DNA of 61,651 bases, filler included, from Sphacelaria rigidula (GCA_964200075.2; 7 parts of 7 records of this genome joined end to end with filler, not necessarily neighbours in it); one strand, 5' to 3'. Counted from the first letter of the whole stretch, positions 40,546 to 52,669 are shown. Numbers and translations: made by a program. The notes: generated by a model from the letters alone, not told the origin.

Positions 40546-40970
40546 GTGTCGGTTGGCAACGACCCTGTAAAACAGACCATACGCTGCGTAAGTTAGGCAA
40601 CCAGGTTGCCGTTTTTATTTTTGCATATGCAGGGGGGGGTGGGTAGCGGTAAGCATGATGGTGGTCGAGTTAGGTCGTGCAGAGGGGGTGATTGTGATAT
40701 GTAGTATTTATACGGTGAGACACCCATGAGGGATTGTATGACCCGTGGTTGTCTCTGAAGGTGGCGATATTAGAAGATGAAGCAAGTCCTTCGAGCCTGT
40801 CATCCAATCCACATGCAAGAGAATCAGTACCCTTCGCCGAACATTCTGCGCAGGATTCAGCTCGCCCTTCATGTGTGACTCGCCGAACACATGACGGGGC
40901 TTCGTGCTCGTTGATTGCGAGCCTGGTTTGGCGAAAATCCGGCGTGCGCCGCCCCGGCTTCGTACGGGTG
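40546..40970 (+). repeat. Unclassified dispersed repeat (~430 nt)
   Basis: Colinear with the reverse complement of 52931-53335, e.g. CTGCGTAAG(T/C)TAGGCAACCAGG, GGTGAGACA(C/T)CCATGAGG, GACTCGCCGAACACA, GATTGCGAGC. Confidence 0.8.
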
Positions 40971-42059
40971 CGAGGTCAATCGCCGTATGACTACGGCATG
41001 CAAGATCATGAATACACCCCCCTGTGTTTGATATGTGTGCTAGACCCTTGCTCGAAAGCAGACAAGCATGGATATGCTCTGGCCAAAATCAGTGTCGCTG
41101 GAGTTGCCTCCCTATCTACGCGTCGATACCTCAAGCTTTGTTCAGTTCCCGGCGTAGTATGACTAACGGTCAGAAACGGTAGGAATTGTAAAAAAACGAC
41201 GTCGTATGGTGTTGACAATCACGATCGCACACGCGAATTTTCTCATATTTTTGCTCCAACTCGACGCCAGCGATGCTATTAAGGGGAAGGCTAGGTTAGT
41301 TCACGGAGCGGCTGCAAAGTATGTAATACGTGGCTCGCGCGAGCTGCGTTCTCCTCTCGCTGTACGCTCAGCTACAAGTTACCTGGTGTAGGCACCACGA
41401 TGCCGTTACTGAATTCGAGGCTGTAACCGTCAAGAAAATGTCGTCTACACAGTGAACAGCCTGAGTTCGACGCCTGACTACAACATTATCCAGATGTATC
41501 AGGCCTGGTTTGGGAGGTACTCTCGCTCTCAGATCACCTGAATTTCTCGGAACAATATGAAAGTAACCCAAACAATTCCCGGCTCGAGCGGATTACCCTT
41601 CCATACGATCTGATCAGGTAATCCGACTCTCGGGTGATGTGGTGAACCGTAACATTTTGCTTCACCAGATCACGTTCCAGCGCCGCGCCACAAAGCGAAA
41701 AATGCGTCACCCTTTCTTGTCTATTGCCCAAAATTAATCATTTGGGCATTTTTATCAGCTTCTTTCGCGCTTTATCTTCCTCACGAACCCTACTACGGGA
41801 CGATCGGCAACGTTGGCATACCCATACGATTCAACGCCCATAACTCCCTAGACTTACGGGACAGAGGAAGTATATGGATAATAGTCCCCTAGAACCCATG
41901 ATTGTTTTGTCACCCTGCAGTCAAGTGCGTGCAGCGTCAGTATGTGCGTTGTAGGTCTTTCCTGGATACAACGGCGAGAAACACTCAGCGTGCCAAATCG
42001 CGTACTTTTTTTACCCCCCGCGGCCCTTCCAGCGAGCCCCCACACCGGCCGGGGCAAAA

Positions 42060-42378
42060 AAAAAAGTCTTGTCATATATTGAACCCCTCCCTTCCTCGGG
42101 ACGAGTCCGTGGTCTCGGGGGATCAACCTCTGTCCCAGGTACACGCCTTGCAAGTTGGGTTCGCGGATTGGATCATGATCAGCACTCCCGCACCGCGTCA
42201 ACTCTCGTCAGACAAACTCAGTCGACTACTTTTTGTCTACTCACGTTCACCCCGCTGTCGACGGTGGAAATCAGGTACTTGGAAGAAAAAACCCAACGCA
42301 TCTGGCAGGGATCGAACTCACCTTATCTCCCTCGTAATGGTGACTGTCGGACCGTCAGACCATAGGAGCGATGGCGGC
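42060..42378 (-). mobile_element. tRNA-derived SINE family 2, inverted copy
   Basis: The reverse complement aligns with 50455-50745, including TGGTCTGACGG and AGTTCGATCCC boxes. Confidence 0.72.
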
Positions 42379-42788
42379 TTATGCTTTGTCCTGAAGCAGC
42401 CATCTGGCGCCTCAAGACCGCGCCACCCACGTTTCGTCGGTTTATCGACTGCGCCGATCTGCCGATGTATATGTACATACTGTCGGCAAATCCTACCGGT
42501 ACAGAACCCGGCCATTTAGAGTCAAATGGGCTGGGTCCCACGCATGAGGGGAAACCCTTTTGGCCGTCAGAGTGCTGAATCTGGTGGGACAACGGACTTG
42601 CTACACTGGAATGCTCCCGCGATTGGATTTTCTGTACGGAGTGCCCGTCCTTTTGTTTCCTTCGACTGGGTATGACTGGGGTTTCTGCGCAAGACCTTTT
42701 CCTCCGAAGTCATGTGGCATAGGCCAGCCATTTCGATTTTTTGTCTTTTTTTTTCAAGTCTTACTCTGCTCGTCTACTGTATCTTTGC

Positions 42789-42820
<32 letters not shown>

Positions 42821-43494
42821 TCCTTCCCTTATCTTCTGCGAGTGTTTCACGTTTTGTTTTAATTTGTCTTGCATACGTCGATCATGTGGATCATAACCAC
42901 GCCTGGATCATGACTACCAGAGAGATGAGTTACAGAGCGACAATCAATCAGATCAAATCAAATCAACCAACGCTACAGGTATTTTCCCAGATTCATCGTT
43001 TGTGACGTGGCTGCAAAAAGGCGGCGACTCCGCGGGAATCGCGTTACTGTTCCCAACGGAACGCTACTGTACTGTACTCCTCTCGATTTCAGAAAAAAGA
43101 TTATCATCGGCGAGGCCTTAAGGAGGGGAGGAGGGTGTACTCATGATCTTGCATGCCGTAGTCACAAGACCATTGGCCTCGTATCCCTTAAAATCCGGGG
43201 TAGAACACCCAGATTTTTGCTATGCAACACAGTTGGGGTTGAAGAAATACTAGTTTTGTTACGGTATCCGATGCGATGGCAACGAAGACAAAACGTTGTG
43301 ATTTTTTTTCCAGACGTAACTTTCCACTTTTTGTCGGTATGTATCGGTTCTGAAATAGTGACTGCGTGTTTGATGAAAACTCAAGCCTGTTGGCCGTCAA
43401 CAATCGAACAGCAGTCCTCGAATGCGTCTCCGGGGGCTACTTCACTTATCAACCTTGTCTCGTCAAACTTTAACTACCCGTCCCTCCTCCAGCG

Positions 43495-43990
43495 GCGAAA
43501 AATTTGAAACTACGATTTCGGGTGGGGGACCTGGACCTGCCAGGAAGAATAAACAGATTTACCCATAGTCGAGAGGAGGAGGAAGTGCATGCACAAAATT
43601 GCCCTTGTGGCGAAGTAACAAGAGAGCAGAACTCATATAGTGGCGCGATGTGAAGTATACAAGGAGAAACGGGACATGCTAGAGGTGAAAATGCGGGACG
43701 TGAACGAAGGTGGCACGAAATCGTTCGAAGCACTAGACAGTAGCGAGAAAACGATGGCTATACTAGGGGATACATGGTGGCCACAGACGGCGAAACAGGA
43801 CGAGGATAAAATATGTAAGAGGATTTGTGTAATGTGTGGAAGAAACGTCATGAGCACCTGAATGTTGGCGGTGTCTCTATGAGGAGTAGGAACGGTGCTC
43901 CGTCTTGAACGGGATGCGTGGTCAATGGTCAAACGACTGAGGCAAGTAACAAATAAGGCCCCCCTCCGCCCCCCCCGCTCCCCACGCCCA
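43495..43990 (+). mobile_element. LINE 3' fragment
   Basis: LKLRFRVGDLDLP..CPCG..ILGDTWWPQTAKQ followed by the family tail. Colinear with 54820-55300. Confidence 0.88.
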
Positions 43991-44989
43991 CCTCCGGGGC
44001 GGGGCGGCCNNNNNNNNNNNNNNNNNNNNNNNNNNNNNNNNNNNNNNNNNNNNTTAATTAATTAANNNNNNNNNNNNNNNNNNNNNNNNNNNNNNNNNNN
44101 NNNNNNNNNCTCTATCACAAACTCCTCGCATACAAGCGTAGTACCGTCAGTGCAAAAGTAGTTGACCATGTTGTATGTACAGTTCCGTGGCAAGAGCATA
44201 GCTGCTGCAGTACTCCGTGCATCCTCATGACCGTAGAACCAGGGACAGACAGTACAGACAGTGCAGTGCTTTTTTACCGGCAGCGCGTTACTACCGTAAA
44301 ATTGCACGATGTCGCCCCTGCTGGCTGCGTTGACTGCTCGTATCGCTTCATGCTCGTCGTGCCCGCCACCGATCGCAGACTCTGTAGTATTCTGCGTACT
44401 GAGACAGTTGCTACCGCACTACCAACTGTCATGTGAATTTGTTGTGTGCTGTATGGCACAAACCGTCTGCTGCACACATTGCACCGCTTGCGACACGACC
44501 ACTGTACCAAGCGGCGATCGCCTGAAGTAAGGGTTGATTCGCCCATCATTTCGATCCCTATTATACCAGTAGCTACTGTGCGTGTGTGCGTGTGTGTGTG
44601 TTGTTATCCCATCCATCCTGTACCTCGACGGGATTATCAACGTGTTGGTTTACCGCAGGTGGCACAAGCACAAAATGCAAATGATGACCACTACCAGTGT
44701 CTGCACGCAGGCTAGATGATGGCCTCGGGTGTACAAATCCCCAGGAATTCTTCATACACTATCAGGTGGGGTTTTGAATACTAATTTCTCTGGAAAACGT
44801 CTCTGAGAAAAGTCATTTTGGACGACTTTCTCCGAGATTTCCTTCAGTCTTGAAGAAGCGGCCTTAGCCCTTATTCCTTTATTGTTTTTTCTTCTCACTA
44901 GCATACTCCATTTTTCTTGTACTATGTTCTCGTTTTCCTTGCATTTTCCTCTTTCTTTCAAGCAGGCGTTTCCGTTCGTTTACCTTGGG

Positions 44990-45426
44990 ATATACATCTA
45001 CATTATGAATATGACCAGGGCTGAATCCCTCCATGTATACATCTATTTTGTGGATAATGACCAAAACTGGATCCCTCTTTCTATATATTTACATCTATAT
45101 TGTAGATAATGACCACGGCTGGATCCCTCCATGTATACATCTATCTTGTGGATAATGACCAAAACTGGATCCCTCTTTCTATATATATACATCTATATTG
45201 TGAATAATGACCACGGCTGGGTCCCTCTATGTATTCATCTATCTTGTGGATAATGACCACGACTGGATCCCTCTCTCTCTACATATATATATATATATTG
45301 TGGTAGAGACCACGGCTGGGTCGCTCTCTCTGTAGGTAGCCATCTATTTTGTGGTAATGACCACGGCTGAGTCCCTCTCTCTATATATATAAAAAGCTAC
45401 CTTGTGGACATTGACCACGGCTGGGT
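44990..45426. repeat. Minisatellite, ~9 units of 46-53 nt
   Basis: Unit approximates CATCTAT(C/A)TTGTGGATAATGACCACGGCTGGATCCCT plus a variable (CT)/(AT) stretch. Short and long units alternate in the 5' half. Confidence 0.9.
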
Positions 45427-46213
45427 AGGGTCCCACGGGGATCAGTCAATGCGCGATCATCAGTCATTCAAACGATGTTGACCCTTTTGGTACTGGCAAT
45501 GAAAAAGTGCTGATTTCGAGGTATTGTTTCTTCAACAACATGTGGTTGTTTCTTGGCAGCTTCCAAGGGCCACTATTTGCCCAAGGCATGTTTTTCAGAC
45601 CCGCGACCGCTTCCAACTGGGGGTGAATCGCGTAAATACTGTATCGCACCTCAATCCTTCCACGTCAGGTGAGGGGATTTCTCTGTTCTCGGCCATGCTA
45701 CCTTGTTTCTGTGATGCGGCTTAGCATGCTTGCCAAGTGTTGAGCGGGTACGACCTACGGACTGCAGCACAACGAAACTCCCTTGGGGTCCGTCACCTAT
45801 ATTAATGTGTGCCGCAGCACCACACGGGACTAAATATATAGAAAATATAAATGTGGTACTGATTTTTGTTATATGAAATTCAGAGGCCGCGGTGCGGGTT
45901 TCTGCTGTGTGCGCAGGGTTGAACATAATTTGCCCGCTGCGTCTCCTCATTCGATCAAACTAATACGACCGCACCGCGGCGACATTTTTGGTGCGAGCAT
46001 GACGTATGCCGATGGATTATTCTGTGGTCTTCCGCCGTAAAAATGGTTGTCAGCATGCTCTTTTCCCGTCTTTTTTTTTTTGTCAGCGATTGGAATAATG
46101 AGGCGTCTGGACCGGGGACGGGAGGGAAGGGTTGGTTAAAGGGTTAATACTGGCATGGTATATACATGTATATAAGAAAATGGACGAGCGATGGAACATG
46201 ACATAGTTGTTAC

Positions 46214-46294
46214 CTGCATAAGATTGTACACGAAGACCACCGACAGCGGCCCGAACACAGCCTTCTGTTCCAGGGCTTTAAACACCTCGGTCGA
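46214..46294 (-). CDS. Folate-biopterin transporter (FBT/BT1, MFS), 4th visible exon
   Basis: cgcag|TCG...CAG|gtaaca, 81 nt, phase 0/0. STEVFKALEQKAVFGPLSVVFVYNLMQ is in frame with the upstream exon. Confidence 0.82.
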
Positions 46295-46475
46295 CTGCGT
46301 ATGAAAAAAAAGACAAAAACAACGACAAAAACAAAAGGGGGGGGGGGGGGGGGCTTGAGAAGGAAAAAAAGGGATTTGTTGAAGAAAAAAAAAAGAAAAA
46401 ACTTGACAAAAAAAAAANNNNNNNNNNATTTTGTGAAGAATAAAAAATGAGAAAACTTGACGAGAACAAACACAG

Positions 46476-47370
46476 GGGGCGGGGGGTACTCATTTCTTTC
46501 TTGCCTTGGTCATTTGATCATTGACCACGCATCCCTTTCGAGACAGAGCACCATTCCTACTCCTGATAGAGACAGATACCTCCAACATTTGGGCACTCAT
46601 CAAATTTCTTGCATACACTGCAATAAAACGCCACACATATCTCAGCTATATCCCCTTTCCCCTTTGCCGGCTACTGTCCAATCAACGGTTTTCATGCCAC
46701 CTTCAACTTCCCACATTTCTCCCCTCCAACACGTCTCTTTCCTCCTTTTATAGTTGACATTCTGCCACCACATGACTTCTACGTCGTAATCTCGGATGAT
46801 ATGCCACAGGGGCAATTCAGTGCACCTACTTCCGGTATACCTCTTATTTCTGGCACGTGCAGGTCCCCACCCGAATCGCAATTTCATTTATTGCGGAGTG
46901 CATTGGGCCATGCAGATATGCCTTCACCTCTGTCCCCTCTCTCAACCTCCTAAATATCTTCGGGTGCTCTTCCTCATCTATTTTCCGTCTCAGCGCCTAT
47001 TTTCCCCCTATTTCCATCATGCCTCTTGTTTTTGTCGTATACTCGCCACAGTCACCAATGGACATTATCTCGTCTTGGCTTCCTTTTACGTCCTTCCATA
47101 CTTTCTCGACTTCTCTATCCCACCTTGTTCCAGCCTGCCCTTTCGTTACTTTCTTCCATACGGCCCGATCACCTATGGCTGGCAATCATTTTTTTGGCAT
47201 GTCCCTTACGCTGTTTAGATTTTCAATCTTCACATGTCTTTATTTTTTTCAAGGTGAGTACAGTCCCAACTCTGCTCATAATGCTGTACTACTCGTCGTC
47301 TTCGAGCATCCAAGTACTCTCTTAGCTACTGTCAACTGTAGTGTTCCCAGCTTCTTCATCAACTTAGTAG
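46476..47370 (-). mobile_element. LINE 3' fragment inside an FBT intron
   Basis: Minus strand reads KLMKKLGTLQLTVAKRVLGCSKTTSSTAL, later YLHGPM..MKLRF, then the family tail at about 46480-46570. Internally deleted. Confidence 0.88.
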
Positions 47371-47541
47371 CAAGTGCCATAAAGAAGCATACCATGCCTA
47401 CTACCACACTGCCACACCGCCACACCGACGCAGTACCAAAAAAGAAAAGAGAAGAAAAAGCTGACCCCCTTCCCCCTCCCTCCGAGAAATTCACTCTGAT
47501 TGTTGTTACTATAGACAAGACAGAACAAGATGCCATTTTAC

Positions 47542-47734
47542 CTGCGCCTTGATCCGATTCATTACCGCCCGGTTTGCCGAGGTAACCGTGTTAGTTTCCT
47601 GCAAGTGCCACACCCATGGTCCGATGATGAAGATCGGGAAGACGGCGTTGAGAAAGAAACAGGATTGGATCGACCATCCGAAGCCCCAGGATTCGTCATT
47701 ATAGGCTGTCATTCCCAGTACGGATCCGAATACG
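47542..47734 (-). CDS. Folate-biopterin transporter, 3rd visible exon
   Basis: ggcag|C GTA TTC GGA...CAG|gtaaaa, phase 2/0. Translates (S)VFGSVLGMTAYNDESWGFGWSIQSCFFLNAVFPIFIIGPWVWHLQE. Confidence 0.86.
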
Positions 47735-47852
47735 CTGCCGGCAGCAAAAGTGGAAAATGATGAAATGAAGTGACGACGGACGAAGATGTGGGAAATCGCG
47801 TTCCAAGACCGCGGGGGACAACAGCAGTCAGCTTAGGCAGGAGGAGGGAGCT

Positions 47853-47853
<1 letters not shown>

Positions 47854-47883
<30 letters not shown>
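47854..47883. repeat. (CAA)10 microsatellite
   Basis: Direct reading. Others: (TG)14 at 42789-42816 and (CAA/CGA)n at about 49848-49885. Confidence 0.95.
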
Positions 47884-47886
<3 letters not shown>

Positions 47887-48798
47887 ACACTCAAGGATCC
47901 GAGCGTTATATTTTTGTTAAGCGCTTGCGATTCTCCTACGAACGGTTGAATTTCATAGCACGGATGCAAACACGGAGCTGAAAAACTGAGATTTTATGTG
48001 CTCTGAGTTGAGGGCAAAAAACACCATCCTCTGTTGTGTTTGAAAGCGTTCATAACTCACGAAAAAAAAAAAAACTACACCCCACGGCTTGCCCTCAGTC
48101 TCACCCTATAGCCCCCAGCGACCAACAACGGGTCATGACATACCGGATTATGTCGTATAACAGTACAACACGAACAATGAGAAAAGAGCACACGCAGCCG
48201 TCGTCTCCAACTTGTCGCGCCTTTTTCGCGCTGTATGATTGATCAAGTGATTTATCACACAGTACCCGGTCCTCCAGGAGTCATGATCCAGCCGTGGTCA
48301 TTGTCTACACTGTAGACGTATCCGGGATCACTTTCTACGATCTCCCCCCCCCAAAACAGCCCAAAAGTGTCACGAAAAAAATGACCATACAGCGCCTGAT
48401 GTCTGGGTTCAGGCTGCATGAAGCGCCTCATATTGGCGACATTGGCGAGAAAAAACCGAAGCGTGGAAATTCCAATCTGCTCGTTGTGCTCGGCATTTTT
48501 CATTTCAAGTTACGCAAATATTTTGCCTCCCCAAACCATGCACTTTTCTTTGGGGAGCTTTTGTAGAAAGTTTGACAGAACAAAACGGAAACATTGGCTG
48601 AAAAAGAGTGAAGAAAACATCAAGGTGGGACAAACAGGGTAGAGTAGGTTATATTTGAGTATGCATACATGGATACATGTATGAGACTCCCTTATTGAAA
48701 ATACGAAGTTTGAACAGCAAACGTGTCCCTTCGACACAAGTGCGGGTAGATTTTCAGTAAGTGAACATTGCAGGCGGCAGGGTCGCTCACTAATTGAG

Positions 48799-49184
48799 TC
48801 ATGATGTGTATCGAGAAAAATTCGACCGGATACGGTATCCGATATCTGCCGTGAAAAAATCGCGATATTGATACAATATCCGTTACACATATTGCGTGAT
48901 GTCGCAAGATATCTGCTACGATGTCGGGATATTCGTCTCCAACCTCCCGCAAAACGTCGAAAATCTAGAACCAACCTGATTTTTACACATGAAACTGCAC
49001 ATATCGTATTTTGTATCCCACGATATATCGTACGGAATGTAATATCGCACGATATATAAAGGGATACGAGATACAATATGATATCGAGATGTCGCACGAT
49101 TTCAGGCGATATCGGTACGACATATCTGAGACATATCGAGGTAGAAATGTTGTACCGATATTCGGGATACGATACCCATCGCTA
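48799..49184. mobile_element. hAT-type MITE with dense CGATAT/ATATCG sub-repeats
   Basis: The right end reads TAGCGATGGGTATCG on the minus strand (Ac-like TAGGGATG). The left end is degenerate (CATGATGTGTATCG). A related partial copy lies at about 49750-49850. TSD not seen. Confidence 0.55.
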
Positions 49185-49322
49185 CCAACTAGTAGCCAGC
49201 GCATCAATCATGTACCACATAATGTTAGTAGAGTAGGTGTCACGGTGTGAGCAGAAACCATCAACCTCCTGGGTGCGCCCTACGGAATATACAGGTACAT
49301 GGAATATACGGTAGTGACCAAC

Positions 49323-49481
49323 CTTCCGGCAAAGCGGACGCTGTAGCCCACTGCTTGCATGCTGCCTCGTCGTTCACGGGGCTCACGCTTGGATCTTTCC
49401 ACCAAGATCGCATCCGTCGTGACATCCGAAAACATGAAGCCGATGGTTGACGCGAGCATCGCCCCAGCCACTAGCAGCACT
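49323..49481 (-). CDS. Folate-biopterin transporter, 2nd visible exon
   Basis: tgcag|A GTG...GGA AG|gttggt, phase 2/2. STIGFMFSDVTTDAILVERSKREPRERRGSMQA matches the BT1 D-V-x-x-D...VE...G-x-x-Q motif. Confidence 0.9.
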
Positions 49482-50038
49482 CTGCACACCCCCCCACAAC
49501 GACACGCGCACGCAGCACGCGCAAATATCTTTTGAAAAAACACCAACAAATCAACGAGATAGAAGAAGTTTCTTTTTCTACGGGGAGTTCACGAGATCTG
49601 TGACACGCTCGGGATACTCAGGAAAGAGAAACATCTCGCGAGGGGATCCGAGCTATTATCGTATGCAGCCCCACACCCTGTATGCGCTTATGGACCCCCG
49701 GGAATGTCTGGAACGTGCTCTTTGCATACACATAGACCACGAGTAAACAATATGATGTGTTATCGAGATGTTGAGCAATTTCAGGTGATATTGACACGAT
49801 ATATCCGAGATATATCGAGGTTGATAAATCGATATTTGGGATACGATACAACAACAACAACAACAACGACAACGACAACAATGACAAAAAGAACAGCAAC
49901 AAAAACGATCCTGTTCAGGGGCGTGCTCCTCTCATGGGACGAGCCCACAGAGCGAGCGCGTAGGTGGGTCATCATTCTCCATAATAGTGGCATTTCAAGA
50001 GTCACAACGTCTACACGGGACATATGCGGAGGTCTCAC

Positions 50039-50225
50039 CCCGGCTCCGGATTGGCCGCAACGTAGAGGTTCACCAGCGCATACACCGCCCAGCCCATGAT
50101 GAAGTACGGCTTTCTCCGCATTCCGCACAGCGGAAAGTTGTCCGATATGAAGCCGAAGATTAGCTTGAAGCTCCACGGTAATTGCGCCATAATCCTCACC
50201 ACGTTCTGCGAACCCGCCTCGGCGC
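50039..50225 (-). CDS. Folate-biopterin transporter, 1st visible exon (absent from the ORF track)
   Basis: ttttaag|GC GCC...CCG GG|gtgaga (alternative acceptor at 50205). LPWSFKLIFGFISDNFPLCGMRRKPY is the PW..K...G..SD..P..G.RR.PY signature of the family. Confidence 0.92.
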
Positions 50226-50454
50226 CTTAAAAAGCCAAAAAACAAAAAACGGGGTACTAGAAAGGATACGAAAATAGGGTACCTCTTGGGACCCACCATG
50301 GCGTGAACCCTAGCGCCTAGGGGTGGGGGTTTCGGTTTGTAGATCGGGGTTTCAGCTACTGCTGCAGTACTGTGATTAACACCTCTCTTGATACCCGACA
50401 CACGCTTACTTGCAAGTCCACGTCTGTCTTGAAGTATTGTCATTGCCCATCCCT

Positions 50455-50745
50455 GTCGCCGCGCCCCTGTGGTCTAATGGCCCATAGATATCATTAGAGT
50501 GGGGAAGACGCGGGTTCGATTCCCCACAGATGCGCTTGGGTTTTCTGCAAAAAGAGTCTGTTCGGCTGAGTTTGTTTGGCGCGAGTTGACGCGGTACGCG
50601 GGAGTTCTGATCCAATCCGCGAGAGTAAAAGGCAAGGCTTGTACTGTATCGAGGGAGATATGGGTTTTGGTTGATCCCTCGACACCGTGGATTTGTGCCA
50701 AGGAAGAGAAGGGGTTGTGCCAAGTGTGACGAAAACGAAAAAAAG
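50455..50745 (+). mobile_element. tRNA-derived SINE family 2
   Basis: A box TGGTCTAATGG (50470) and B box GGTTCGATTCC (50513). Body CTGAGTTTGT..GAGTTGACGCGG..GATCCAATCCGCGA is shared with 42060-42378 (minus). Older partial copies at about 26680-26830 (+) and 28160-28270 (-). Confidence 0.75.
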
Positions 50746-50863
50746 TAAAGCGAGTTGGCCATGTGCCAGGTGATCATGACCGCAATGTACTGGGACCCCG
50801 CACTATACTGTGACCCCCTGTGCTACTTATGTCGACATGGTACCAATCAAAAACTAGAGCGTA

Positions 50864-51458
50864 CTTCCTCTGTCCCATTAGTCTGGTCGGTTATGTTTAT
50901 ACGAGCCCTTGACGTTGTCCGATCTGATTTTCGATATTTTTTTCGAATTATTCGCCGTTTTTTGAGGTAGAACAACGTTTTTTTTTGCAGCACGCCGTTG
51001 AACCATGCGGCCGAACGACCGCAAAAAATCAGTCGGCCAAAAAATAGCCGTGTTTCGCCCCTTTCCCAGGGGCAAAAAACTGTTGGGAAAAAAAAGGTTT
51101 TATTAACCGTCCTCGGCCTCAGCCAGGAAGTCCTAAGCCCTTTTAAAGGCATCCGCATCGTATTTGACCACCCTTTCCAACGTCCCCGCCCTCTGCCGTA
51201 CCCTCACCCAGGTACGCTCCACACTCAAGTCGTAATCGCCCATCTTTCGGACAGTATGGTCATTAAAATTCTCAAAAATGGCCAAAAATGGGGTATATTT
51301 TGACCTAATTTTAGTATTGAAGAAGTTTTTTTTTTTTTTTCATCCGCTGCGTCTACGATTCATCTTTCTATAGAACCCAACTATAGGGTAATCGTCAACA
51401 CCGTTCCACCCGAACAAAAAAACGCCCTTAACCGACCAGACTTATGGGACAGAGGAAG
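50864..51458. mobile_element. Stowaway-like MITE (595 bp)
   Basis: 30-bp TIRs CTTCCTCTGTCCCAT(T/A)AGTCTGGTCGGTTA with one mismatch and TA on both sides. A related right end lies at 41850-41872. Confidence 0.88.
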
Positions 51459-51559
51459 TATGACGCGAGGGTGTTTTTCACGGCGGTGCAAGGGTATTTA
51501 GGGTACAGCTGATATGCTGTGGCGCATGCACCCCAGTTCTCCAGCTGGTACACTTGTAA

Positions 51560-52235
51560 AAGTACCCGCTTGCAGCGTAGAGCGGAATGTGAGGCTTTAA
51601 ATCCTGACAGAAACGGTATATGTGGGGGGCAAGGCAAGAGGTCTGATTCCTTCCGTCGTTAGAAACATGGGAACGTGTGTGGTGGAGAAGACGATGGCGA
51701 GCATCGACTGCCCCACACTGTAGTGCTCTTTCACTCCGCGATGTCACATATGTCGGGTATATACCAGGGGGGTGGAGGCGAGAGATGGGTCGATCCCTTG
51801 AGACTATGGACCCGTCCGAGGGAGGGAAGAAACGTGTGACGGGAAGCAAGAAACAACAGACCGTTATGTTAGTCTAATTTGCTTGTATGTTTTACCTTTA
51901 AAACATACAAGCAAAGTAGACCAACACAGCGGTCTGTTATCTCTTGCTTCCCGTCACACGTTACCCCCCTCTCTCCTCGGACGGGTTCATAGTCTCAAGG
52001 GATCGACCCATCTCTCGCCCCCACCCACCCGGTATATACCCGACATATGTGACATCGCGGAGGGAATGAGCACTACGATGTGGTACAGTCGATGCTCGCC
52101 AACGTCTTCTTCACTACACACGTCCCGCATGTTTTCAACGACGGAAGGAACCAGACCCCTCGCCTTGCCCCCACAGATACCGTTTCTGTCGGGATTCAAA
52201 GCCTCACATTCCGCTGTAACCCGCAAGTGGCTACT
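51560..52235. repeat. ~670-nt imperfect palindrome (two ~335-nt inverted arms)
   Basis: The arms align throughout, e.g. GAGAGATGGGTCGATCCCTTGAGACTATG vs CATAGTCTCAAGGGATCGACCCATCTCTC. Centre TTTGCTTGTATGTTTTA-CCTT-TAAAACATACAAGCAAA at about 51896. Confidence 0.92.
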
Positions 52236-52262
52236 GTCTCTTTCACTTTTCTTCAGTGAGGT

Positions 52263-52630
52263 GGCCGGTCTCCCCGGTGGCTCAGTTGGTAACCTCGACA
52301 CCTTCCGACGGTTGGGTCGTGGGTTCAAATCTCGGAGCGATCTGGGATCTTTTCTCACACCGTGCCCAACAGTGGAGAGTGACTACGTCGTTGGTACACA
52401 ACATTCGACGTAACGGTTGACGAGGGAAAGGGACTGCTAGATCCCTCTCGCGATAAAAAAATAAAGGCAAGCACAGTAGAAGGAAGGTGGAGTACCAAAA
52501 ACAAACAAAAAAGAAAAAGCTCCTGTGTTAACCCTCCTCCTGTGTGACCCCGGCTGGTGCGCCCACATATACCGAGAGGTTTAGAGTGGCTTCCAGAATA
52601 GATGGGACGACAAGACACACAAACACACAG
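52263..52630 (+). mobile_element. tRNA-derived SINE family 1, near full length
   Basis: A box TGGCTCAGTTGG, B box GGTTCAAATC, body TCTCACACC..CAACAGTGGA shared with 59693-59830, and an A/CA-rich tail. The 3' boundary is approximate. Confidence 0.78.
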
Positions 52631-52669
52631 TTGAGTCTTTCCGTGTTGTGTTTATCTCGGGCATGTCTA

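Noticed and set aside
44990..45426. CRISPR-like array (conserved ~23-nt core at regular spacing)
   Set aside because: The intervening sequences are homologous to each other, the cores are degenerate, no cas genes are present and the context is eukaryotic. It is a minisatellite.
45560..45668. Plus-strand exon antisense to the FBT gene
   Set aside because: Good-looking splice sites, but no recognisable peptide or phase-compatible partner exons.
52263..52340. tRNA gene
   Set aside because: A and B boxes are present but I could not build a cloverleaf, and it continues into a body shared with other dispersed copies. It is a SINE head (likewise 35121, 50455, 59693).
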